A stretch of DNA of 64,000 nucleotides from Podarcis pityusensis (lineage: Eukaryota): assembly GCA_964106645.2 (NCBI GenBank), contig OZ067042.1. One strand, written 5' to 3'. Each line of letters starts with the position of its first letter. The stretch's first letter is position 1. Shown here in pieces: positions 1 through 17,805 of the stretch. The position numbers and the translations under genes are program-made. The notes below the pieces were generated by a model that was not told the origin of the DNA, searched no databases, and saw only the letters and a list, made by a program, of their open reading frames with translations.

Positions 1-11
1 ACTCCTTATAG

Positions 12-147
12 CAGTGGTAGCCAAACTTGGCCCTCCAGCTGTTTTGGGACTACAATTCTCATCATCCCTGACCACTGGTCCTGTTAGCTAGGGATGATGG
101 GAGTTGTAGTCCAAAAACAGCTAGAGGGCCAAGTTTGGCCACCACTG
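12..147. mobile_element. hAT-type palindromic MITE
   Basis: CAGTGG...CCACTG termini, hairpin over its whole length, and a perfect 8-bp TSD CCTTATAG at 4-11 and 148-155. Confidence 0.85.
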
Positions 148-1287
148 CCTTATAGTGTTGTACACTGTAGATATGTTGCATAAATACCACACCAGGAGGT
201 TACAGTCTGTGGTTACTCCAAAGACAGCTTAAGCATAAGCCTTGGTTCAGATGACATGCTAAGCCATGATGGAGCTTGTTCCTCCGCATTCTGGCAGTGG
301 AGGGACTCCCTCTACCACCAAAGTCTGGCGTGCCAAGGTACCTTGTGGCTTATTCCTCCCTCGGTTTGAGGGCCAGAGCGTAATGCCACCTTCACCCAAT
401 GGTACATTGCAAGTGAAACCTCAGGAGCAGTGGTGGTTTCACCTCTGATATACCACCGGGTGAAGGCACCACCACACTCTGGCCCTCAAACTGGTCCTGG
501 GTGATGTATCAATATGTCACCCAGACCAACCACATACATACTTTCTAGGAACAGTTTCTTGACAAAAATTATTCATTTATTCATTATGCTATGGATTTAT
601 TTCTCTTTTTCCAACAATACTTTTTTATACAAGTCTTTGTCAATGGAAAATGTAGTAGTGGCAAATTTTCTGCTGCACAACACTGTTGCATTTGCAAGCT
701 GAAAGTGCCAACACACAAGTATAAAAAAAAGGCTTTTTTGTAAAAAAAAAATTGAATTTTTTGTTTACCCCCCAAAAAAACCAGTTTGCCTATGTATTTG
801 CTTTATATACATCATTTACTTTTTATAAAATAACAAATTATTATTATTTTCATTCATTTTTGGTGGTAGAGTATCCAAAGGGATGTGTACAAGCTGCTCA
901 CACAGACTTAACATCTCAATGAAGCTGGAAGCCATGTAACACTAGTATTAGAACTGGCTTTCTACAGCCTACAAACTCAGTACAGAAATAATTGTTGAAC
1001 AGCCTTACATAAGATTACCTGCATTAAGTGCAGACTAACCAATCACACTCATCTGAGCAGTCTTACAAAGAATTAAGCAGAGGTGACTAGTGATCTTCTC
1101 TTTCACTACTCAGGTTACTGCTACTTATTTTTCCTTCTCTACCACCAAAGTTCCCACATAAAATTGTGTGTAATGTAAAAAATCCTAAAAAGATTTTTCT
1201 ATTTCAAGCAATGTCTGATATAGGAAAATTGGGCAGTTTCAAAGTTTTAATTAACTTTTTCAGATGACTAGCTCTAAGAGTCAAATA

Positions 1288-1513
1288 CAGTGGTACCTCA
1301 GGTTACATACGCTTCAGGTTACAGACTCCGCTAACCCAGAAATATTACCTCGGGTTAAGAACTTTGCTTCAGGATGAGAACAGAAATCATGCTCTGGCGG
1401 CGCGGCAGCAACAGGAGGCACCATTAGCTAAAGTGGTGCTTCAGGTTAAGAACAGTTTCAGGTTAAGTACAGACCTCTGGAACGAATTAAGTACTTAACC
1501 CGAGGTACCACTG
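1288..1513. mobile_element. Tc1/mariner-pogo-type MITE
   Basis: TA|CAGTGGTACCTC...GAGGTACCACTG|TA terminal inverted repeats with TA target site. Confidence 0.8.
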
Positions 1514-1800
1514 TATGAAGATGATGCAGTTTTTTTAAAGTAAGTTAAAATTGGTAGAAGTTTCCTGTGCCTTAATTTTTCGCCAAATTGTAATCAATAT
1601 AAGGAAGTACCTTATATAATTTGAGTATTTACTCAAATTTAATGCTCACTTTTTTTGCCAAATAACATTGCAAAAATTAAAGTGTGCATTAGATTCAATA
1701 GCACATTTACATTCGCCAGCAAATACTTTTTGGTTTCAAGGTTCTGAAAATTGAGGTGTACATTAGATTCGATGGCACATTAAAGTAAATATGGTATATA

Positions 1801-1979
1801 CAGTGGAATCTCGGTTCTCAAACGACTTCATTGACGAACAATTCAGAACCTGAACATCGACAAGTGAATGTTTTCGTTGAAGGCTTCCAAGGCACGTTTA
1901 TCCATTTTTTCAATGGATTCTGCTGACCATCCCTTGATTTTCGGTTTTCAAATGTTTTGAAAGTCGAACAGTTCCACTG
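1801..1979. mobile_element. Tc1/mariner-pogo-type MITE
   Basis: TA|CAGTGGAA...TTCCACTG|TA termini. Confidence 0.65.
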
Positions 1980-2218
1980 TACTACAGAGTTTCCATTTGG
2001 GGGAATATTTATAACTGTTACAGTAAAAATAATTTCCAACTAAAGTTTTGGATTTGTTTAAATATAAATTTCAAATAAGATTGTGCATTTTCAGTTACAA
2101 TGTTTTTGGAAAATTTATTTTTTTGATATATTTATATAGCACATAAAATCAGAATTTCTTTTTAGTTATGCTTACTAAATATATGAATGGGTAATTAACA
2201 AAATTATTATACCATGTA

Positions 2219-2462
2219 CAGTCATACCTCGAGTTGAATGTGCTTCGGGTTGAGCGCGTTCAAGTTGCGCTCCGTGACAACCTGGAAGTAACGGAGCGTG
2301 TTACTTCCGGATTTCGCCGCTCGCGCATGCGCAGATGCTCAAAATGACGTCATGCGCATGCATGGAAGCAGCGAAACGTGACCCACGCACGCGCCTTGCG
2401 TTCTGTTTGGGATGCGAACGGAGCTCTGGAACGGATCCCGTTAGCATCCCGAGGTACCACTG
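2219..2462. mobile_element. Tc1/mariner-pogo-type MITE (CpG-rich, relatively young)
   Basis: TA|CAGTCATACCTCG...CGAGGTACCACTG|TA termini related to the 1288-1513 element; internal GCGCATGCGC palindromes. Confidence 0.75.
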
Positions 2463-2919
2463 TACTGTATAAATATGCTAAATCAGACTCTAATATATTT
2501 AGAATGCCAGAATTTTTTCCAAAAAAACCAGAACAGTGTTACCAAGATCAATTCTGGAATTGCATCAGCAAGGGCACAAAAACATCTGTGTGAAAGTTGC
2601 ATACAAGATAAATATCACATAAATGGGTTTGTAATCGCTATATATGACCTTTTGTTTCCAAAGCAAGGTATAACTATGAAACATTTCTGGACATCTGTAG
2701 TTAAAACCGCAGTCCAAAAACATTATCAATATAATATATCTAAGATCCATTAGAATATATAGCACAGTATATTTTCCTTTTAAGATGCTTTGTTGGATCT
2801 TTGGGAACCAGAAATGAGTAGAATTCAAAAATGAAAAAGGAAGGAGGTGCTTGGACCTCACATTTGTAGTGCCATATAGATAGTAAAATTATAGCAAAAG
2901 TACACAGAATTGTTCCTTT

Positions 2920-3835
<916 letters not shown>

Positions 3836-5559
3836 CTTAGGACACTAATTTGCTTCTGGACACTTATACAAGCCATGGTTTTAGCATCCTGCTATAAATG
3901 AATATCGATCGATTATAATGAATATTACTAGTAAAAAGATTGCAATTTGAACAGATTCTCTGCAACAGATTAATCAGTAATTTGATTGCACATAAGCTAG
4001 TCCACCGATGAATACTATGTTTCACATTTCCTGCTTGAGAGCAGTCCCATTTTAGGGGTTAAGTGTGGGATGTTGTACCACTGAAATCTGACGTTAAGTG
4101 TACATGGCATAGTCTAACACACCTGGTATCTGCACCTGAGCAAGTTCAACATATTTCTAAATCCTAGCACTTGTTGCTTAGGCTGCAATCTTAACCCTAC
4201 TTACCTGAGAGTAAATCCCATTAAATTCAATAGGACTTACTTCTGAATAGGTATGATTAGGGTTGTGCAGCTAGTCAGGATTCTTGCATATTAATATTTA
4301 TTCTTCATGTGCAATCACTTTCTTTAAATAGAAATAGACCTGAATTTTATGCAGACAAATGTCCAAAGTGAAATATCCCATTTTATTCTTCAATGAACTG
4401 CTCTGCAGACAATTTGAATTTTGTCATTTTCTTATTATAAACCCTGCATGTCTTAAGAACAATGTACGTGCCCTCGTATAACCTCTCCAGAGTGCAAAAG
4501 GTAACTTAATTATGAAGCTCTCCAAAATATTTGTAGAACGAGGTGGAAGATAATGAATCCCATCTAACTTCAGAAAGCCAGGCATTTCCCCCAGACACTA
4601 ACTGTTTACAATTAGAAGCAAAACTGGTTTTAAATCTCTACAGACTGCAACTCCCAGGGCTTCTTTCTTACTCTGGAGCAGGCTCCTTGAAGACTGCTAG
4701 AAAGCCAGCTTTTCTGCAAAGCCATAATTCAAGTAACTGGTTCCATTCAGAGAAATTTGTTGTAATGAGTTTTTATTTAAAATCTTTAGATCCTGGAACG
4801 TAATATAAATATCAATTACTGCATGTCCAAGACAAACTACAGATGGGCATACTGATTTACGTGGCTAGCTACTGTGGCCCAATTACATTTTGCCTATTCC
4901 ACACAACAACTATATTATTCACTAAATCTATATCCAACTTTTCCTCCAAGAATCTCAAGGCAGGGCAGATGGTTTCTATAGTTTCATGTTATCCTCACAA
5001 CAACTGTGAGGTAGATTGGTCTTCAGTTATACTGACTGGTTTAAAATGCTTTATGGCTTAGCAGGGATTTGAACCTGGATCTTCTCAAACCTAGTCCAAC
5101 AATCACCTCACCCCACAGTGTCTCAATACACTGTTGAAGACAACTAATTAAGAAGTCACACCAAATCTCATTTTCAGGGGAATGGTGAAACAGTGAGACA
5201 AATTTCAAAATTGTAATATGCGTCTGCTAGATTTGATTCCTCATCTGATTAGTTGGGCCTTTCTAATTTTTTACGCTAAGATTATAGTCTTACAGATAAT
5301 GTACTTATAATAAAATCATTCTGCAATTAATTGAATCTTCAAGTAATTCTATTTAAAATAAACAATGACTCTGATCCCCAGTGTGCCTTGAGGTGACCCA
5401 CAAGACCACGACAAAAAATAGAGAAAAAAGTTAGGCATCTTCCAGACCAAACCCTGAATCACCCTCAACTTCTGCATTCTGATGCAGGATGGGGTGAAGA
5501 GTGGAGTGAGCCATTGGTAAGGGTCTTCCAAACAGAAGACATTTTGAAAGTATCAGTCA

Positions 5560-5935
5560 GGAACAACAGCACTCCAACGGACAAAGTTCTCAGTAACAGA
5601 GCATGTGGCAACCTAAATGGCCTTGACCCAGTATTACCTGAAGGAGCATCTCTACCCCCATCCCTTAGTCTGGACACTGAGGTCCTCCTTTGAGGGTCTT
5701 CTGCTAGTTCCCTCACTGTGAGAAGCGAAGTTACAGGGAACCAGGCAAAGGGCCTTCTCGGTAGTGGCACCCTCCTGGTGGAATGCCCTCTCTTCAGATG
5801 TCAAGGAGATAAATAATTACACAACTTAAATAAACAGTATTCTTTTTTTTAAGACTTACACAACTTTTAGAAGACATCTGAAAGCACTCCTGTATCAGGT
5901 TTTTTTTTGATGTTGTTGCTTTTATTATGTTTTCA
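5560..5935 (+). mobile_element. L2/CR1-clade LINE 3' fragment
   Basis: GGCCTTCTCGGTAGTGGCACCC...TGGAATGCCCT...TTTTAGAAGACATCTGAAAGCA; same family as 59970-60145. Boundaries approximate. Confidence 0.55.
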
Positions 5936-7402
5936 GATATTCTGCGAATATTATTATTATTAGAGTAAATATATGCATGATTTTTTCCTCCATAAAGCAG
6001 AGAGAAACTGTCTGTGAGTTAAACAAGCAGGTTAGATCCAGTTATGGCCACAGGAAGGATGCTCCTATCATCCACTGACTAAAGAAGGGGTGGGGAAGAA
6101 CTTTTTGCCAATTCCCCATTCAAATATATTCAAGAGGGTTGCAGATCCCTCTGAACAGTTGGGAGGGCACTACAGGCAGGAAAGGAGAACTATCAAAAAT
6201 CACCTCTCCCATTATGAAAGTCTCTGTTGGACCAAAATTCCTTCCATTCATAGAAAGCAAGCCTGTGAGCAGAAAGTCATTACTGGGTCTAGCCCGGCAT
6301 TGTTAGACTATTTCAGTAAAGTAAAGGCATAACATAATGAGCAGCAGACTTGTAATTTAAAAAAAAATATAGAGCAAGTTTGATTCAAGTGGATAGTATT
6401 GATACTCCTGCTTTTTTTTTTACATATGGATAACTAAAGAGAGCATGCAATGTGACGGTATTCATCATAGCTTGTTTGACAAAGTGAATATTTCAACATG
6501 TCAGGATTTAAATGTGCAATCCTAACCCCCAGATACACCAGGTGGGAGAGATTGGGATGAGACATAACTCTCCACTTGCTGACTGCACACTTTGGCCAGT
6601 GCACATTACTTATCCTGGCATATCTACTAACTCTGGCAAAGGGAGAGCCCTATTGAGGCAAACTAAGCTACCAGAATTAAAGGACAAAATAATGTATGTT
6701 AAGGGAGGGGATGGATGTCTTGAACAGAGAGATAAAAAAGTTACATGGTGTCCTAATTTCATTCATTCATTTGTCCCATGCACAGAATTTGCTTTAATTT
6801 ATACCACCAAAAATGCAACTGTAATTACTAGAGGCAAGGAAAGGTCAGAAAATGAAGGTTTATACTGGACACCCAAACTCTGGCTGTGCCACCCTAGCCA
6901 GTAGCAGTTAGGGTGCAATTCAACTTACATAATATATACATCAGAGTGTCTGTTTCCTGGAAATCCTTGCATATATGCCTAGTTAGGATTGCTCAATAAG
7001 TGTACCAACTATGCATTCTCGGGGCATTCCACTCCCCATTGGATTTGTTTGCAGAACAATTGAAAACTGTTCATACAATTAATACAAATTAGCTTTATAT
7101 CCAAATTTCAGAAATAAAAATAAAAGCTCAAAATTAAGTAGTCAAACTAATTCCTTTTGCAGAATTATGTAACATGGAATTTAATACATGACTATTTCAA
7201 AGGGTATCATATTTACATATTTGAGATGTTAGCTACTATTTCAACTAACAGATTAAACTATTCCCTTTGAAGTGTAAGCTATGTATGATTAATAAGCATT
7301 AGAAATGAAATCTTCAGCATTTTATTGGTTTATTAATATTCTACTTTAAGATGAACAAAACTATGGCTTACCAGCAAAAATGTAATGTTTGTCTCAAACA
7401 CT

Positions 7403-7500
7403 GTTGTGTGAAATGTTTCAGTGGTGCAGGAAGGTAGGATGTAAGTTTTAAAGTAAACTTACATCCTACCTTCCTGCACCACTGAAACATTTCACACAAC
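7403..7500. repeat. Perfect 46-bp inverted repeat with 6-nt spacer
   Basis: Arm 7403-7448 (GTTGTGTGAAATG...GATGTAAGTTT) is the exact reverse complement of 7455-7500; spacer TAAAGT. Confidence 0.95.
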
Positions 7501-8299
7501 TGAAACATTCTGTAGTATTAAGTTTCAGTTAATTCTAAAGTAGACACCTGCGTTCTGAGAACATGTGAAATTTACTTTAATACTGAATATATTAGAAACT
7601 AGAAAGCTACAGGCTTTATAACAAATGTTTATATACAAACTTTTATAACAAATGCACATATGTCAAGTAGTACATGGCAGGAATGTTGTCTGAGCATGAT
7701 CCTACTCACACACTGGCCCTACTCACACAATGACTATTTTTGAAAATTGTGGAATCATGACTTCTTGATAAAATAAGTTAGCAAGTACTTATTCAACATA
7801 AGAGTGTAACTGGTAAGAAATCTGATCCTAACCAATTTCTAGAACTTGCATTGAATTTCTCAGTGCATATGCTGTTCTAACATTTAAAAAATGCAAAAGT
7901 ATTATTCTTTCCTAACATATTCATAAGGTTCCTGCACGATGGAAATATATATTTAATATGTTTGCATTTTTAATACATCTTATTGGCTCTTAAACTAACA
8001 ACTGACGGCAAAAGTGCAATCCTATGCATGCTTATTCAAATTAGGTCCCATTGTACTCAATTGAGCTTTTGCCAAATAGTGCACTCAGGAACACAGCCTG
8101 ACCTTGTTCTTACAGTTATAGGTGCTACTTGTTTTGCTTAAATCGAATGCTACTAGAAACCCTGCATGTTTGCACACCAAGAAGTTACACTCCCAAATAA
8201 TTATATGAAGCATGTATTTATCATCTACCTAGCATACGTTAAAGGTCCCTAAAGCGTCCTACACATCTATAAGTGATTGACCCTTACAACACCCCTGTA

Positions 8300-9130
8300 A
8301 GGTAGCCTGTCATAATCAGACCCCCACCCCTTTACAAACGAGGAGATGAGGTTGGTAAGGCGGCGTTGATCTTAGGGACACCTAGCGAGTGAGCGGCTGA
8401 GGTGCGCTCTGAATGGAAAGGATCCCAAAGCGCCGATCCCACACACAGCTGCTACCCTACACCCAAGACACTCTTCAGCTACTCTTGTGGATCTTAGGGC
8501 GAGGCCGAAATTACTTATTGCGCCCGAAACAGCAGGGCAGAAGGATGGTCGGCTTTCCCCTACCGGGCTTCGACTGGAGACTTTGCGGCTCTTTTCAAAC
8601 TTTCGCTCCTAACCCCACGCCGGCCTCTCTCCCGCTCTCCTCACAACGTCCTCCTCCTGCCCCGGCTTTCAGCCACAGGCCCCTCCGCCGCCAATAGCGT
8701 AACAGCGGCACCTCTCGCGGCCTAAAGATGGCGGAAGCCGCGGCGGTCTTCCGGATCGCCGGGGTTCCTTCCCTCCCGCACCCCCGCCTCCCCACCGCCT
8801 CAAGGAGAAAAACTTACAAAGCAGCCGCTCACAGAGCCCCGTACGCGGGGCCCAAAAACCTAGAGCTCGCCTATCCCGGAAGCTGCTGCCTCACGAGCCG
8901 TCGCCACCATCCGCCATCTTCCCCACCAGCGACCGGAGGCGGTGCACATGAACAACGTCATCGCGCGCGCGCGCGGAGGGGACCAGCCAAAGGGAGGGAG
9001 GAGAGCGAAGGCGCTGAGCATGCGCGTACTCCTTCTGAATAAGTGACGACATCTTCTTGCGACGGGTTTCCGGCTGCTGTGGCGGAACGGGAAGGGCTTA
9101 CCATGGAAAGCAGGCCGGGGAGCGGGAGCA
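8300..9130. promoter_or_regulatory. CpG-island promoter (probably WDR33)
   Basis: High GC and CpG density. YY1 motifs AAGATGGCGG at 8725-8734 (+) and 8911-8920 (-), NRF1-like TGAGCATGCGCG near 9015-9026, ETS-like CCGGAA/GGAAG sites near 9067-9094. Confidence 0.75.
8818..8925 (-). other. WDR33: Probable non-coding first exon of WDR33; positions 1-8817 would be its first intron
   Basis: Lies in a CpG island, ends in a strong donor TTT|GTAAGT at 8818/8817, and has a YY1 motif near its 5' end. Identity is inferred from the conserved vertebrate gene order WDR33-POLR2D-AMMECR1L-SAP130; no WDR33 coding exon is in the window. The 5' boundary is approximate. Confidence 0.6.
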
Positions 9131-10034
9131 GCAGTTTAAACCCTTATTAGACTTCCCAAAAGGTCTCCAAATAGTGATAATTCTTTGACTTTTAGAAGGA
9201 TTGTTTCTGTGCTGATTATAGTCCAGAAGAGGAGTGAGAAAAGGAGTGTTCCAGCCCCAGCCAGCATGGACAATGGCCAGGGATGGTGGAAGTTGGAGCC
9301 CAATGACACCTGACCACAGGCACCCCTCCCTTGTTCTCCTGGCAGGAAAAACCAAGATTGGGGGTGCAGAGAGAAGAGAGAAAGCAAACCCTACACGTAC
9401 ATAGAGAGGTTTTTAAAGAGGAGAGGATTGTATGGTGCAATAAAAAAAGCCCACAAAGTAGTTTACGAAGAATTAATTAATGAGTTATCTCAGTCATCAC
9501 AAGAAATCAAGATATTACCTCAATAGTTTTCTGTCTCCATCTCTAATGCAGTCAGTAGACTTAGGCAAGCCTAATAATTCCATAGGTTTGGGATGTAAAA
9601 ATACAAGATGGGAAGGCCAATTTGCACAATTTTCTGCAGCAGATAAAAACTAGGGGGTTAAGGAACCAATCCTAACCATAGCAAGTAAAAAGATAGAGGT
9701 AACCATAGCAAGACAGCTTAAAGGGCCATAGGTAGCCAGTGCAAATGGAGGTGACGTATCAAGACCACACTGCTCATGGAAACTTGGTGTGTATTGCCAA
9801 TGGAGTGAGACAGGGCGGTGCAAGGTTGCCACATCCTAAGTCTCTTTGTATCCCTTATATATGCTCCAGTAACGAGCACAAATCTACACCAGCCCTTGGT
9901 TTGTCTTCTACTGCAAAGCAAAACTAATCCCCGCTTTCCATGGCAATAAGATGTGCTTCCTACTCTGTCAGTTGGTAATAGCTTCTGCACAAGACAATTT
10001 AAAAGCCTCAGCTTGGTATGGCTGGGAACTAATG

Positions 10035-10243
10035 CAGAGCTTTCCAGACTTTTCATGTTGGTGACACACTTTTTATACATGCATCATTTCGTGACACAGT
10101 AATTCAGTTTTACTAGCAAACCGGCGGTTAAACTAACCCCTTATAATACGGAAACATACATAAATTTAATAATGAAATGTATAGGGACACAACTACACAC
10201 TGCAGCTGACTCGCTAATATGTCACAACACACAGTTTGGAAAG
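10035..10243. mobile_element. hAT-type non-autonomous element, copy 1
   Basis: CAGAGCTTTCCA...TTTGGAAAG termini; near-identical blocks in the copy at 14214-14417. Confidence 0.7.
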
Positions 10244-12102
10244 GGAACTAAGGGAATAGGAAGCATCTCCAAAAGGGCAAAAGAATCTGGCCACTAGAAG
10301 TGCGGTATAAAGTAGCTCTCGTTCCCCAAATTTAGTTTAATATTTGCATTGGAATAGCTCAGAGGGTTTATTCCCCCTCCCCCAACTTTTACTAATAGAT
10401 GTGGAAAAGGTAGAATCCAAGAAGTTTAGGATTTTATGTTTACAAATCATTACGCAGAACAATTGGGCAGCCCCCCCACAAAAAACCCACAACCTTAAAT
10501 ATTTCAGGCGCAAGACAAAAAGCTTATGGACGCTGTTATGACTGGTGGTATTGCATGAGTAGTTTTCAAACAAGATTCAACAAAAAAAAAACTTCAATGT
10601 GATTCTTAGTGGATTGAGATCAGACCAAATTTTGACAAGGTTTTACGTCTTTTAAAAATCTTGACACTCCAATCTTGACACTCCTTGACAAATTAAATAC
10701 TAGGTTTTTGGTACAAAAACAAGTGGTTTCATATATAAGCTTTTCCAGTGTAATCATTCCACTGCTGCAGCTTGTGAGTGATGATTATTGGTTACTGTCT
10801 AGCAGAAAGAAAAATCTAATCAAAATGTATCAGATTGCTTCAGCTTGTTTGCTTCTGCACACACTGATATTTTTTACTAAATGCTAAGGTTATTACTCCT
10901 GACTTTCCCCTGTTTTATTCACTTGGTCAGGCTTGAGTAAAGAGACTAGTTCAGCAAACCTTTCACAGCTTATTGCTGTATTTTAATGTTTTAATGCTTG
11001 TAGGCTACTGTTATTGGGTGGCATATAAATGATGTTAATAAATAAAAGTAATGAATAAATAAAATACCATTAGAAGTGATTCTGCAGGTGGAGGGAATGG
11101 AGTAAGCTGATTCATTCCTCAGTCACTGTTGCCAGCTGGATGAGGGACATCTTATCATTTATGACAGCTGACTGACGTATTGTAACATGCAATTTCTGTA
11201 GCATTAGTGCATTTCCGCCTAAGTGTAGGGCATGGATCATGTTTCTACCTTTATGAGCCCCATGGTTCTGCCAGCAGTTTCCTTTCACACTACAAAACTA
11301 AGAAGTGCTACTTATGGTAGCTCATTCACCCAGTTTGACATTTCCAGTCACACTTCCCAAAACACAAAAGTATTATTTTTCTCTCTCCGACATACATACA
11401 TTGTATGTGCAATTATTGTTCATAGCAATGTATGTATACAATAAATAACTTTACATCAATTTACCAACATACAGCAAAAATATTATATGCAATTTAATAA
11501 TCCAACAAATTCCTTCAGCTCCTTGTGTTCGTCCACCCCTTGCAGAGTATTTCCTCAAGACAGCAGGACTTTTGTATAAACAATGAGTGAATGAGAACAT
11601 TCACAAATCACAGACCCCTCATTAGAAATACTATACTTTAATTCACAAACAATTGTACAAAATTATTGTTAAAAGAAAAACTCAGGCTTTTGATCAAAAA
11701 ACCACACAAATTTATCTATCCTGATTCTACTATTACAATTCTCAAAATATAATAGGAAAAGTTTCTCCTATCTTGGGCCACATATGTTCATTCTGTCTGG
11801 CCCCATAAACATTTTGTATATTCCCAGGAGGAAGACAAAGTTTGGAAACAAATATTAAACTAATCAAGGCAAACTTTTCAGAGTTCTGTGGCTCATACCA
11901 CATTAGTCTTGCCAACTCTCTCAACATTCAACAAGTCCAAAGAGCTAAGAAACCCTTTTTAAAAGCATGTCATCACCCTACATGAGCTTCTCTTTTCTAT
12001 TGAGAGATAGTCAGGACTGGTCCAGAGAGGTATAGAAACAAATGAATAATTTTAGATTTATCTTTTTCAATGTTCAGAGTTTGGAGGATCTGGTTGTTCC
12101 TT

Positions 12103-17805
<5,703 letters not shown>

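Noticed and set aside
8728-9042. Plus-strand 104-aa ORF starting in a good Kozak context (AAGATGG)
   Set aside because: The ATG is part of a YY1 motif in a CpG island; no homology or splice support is visible.
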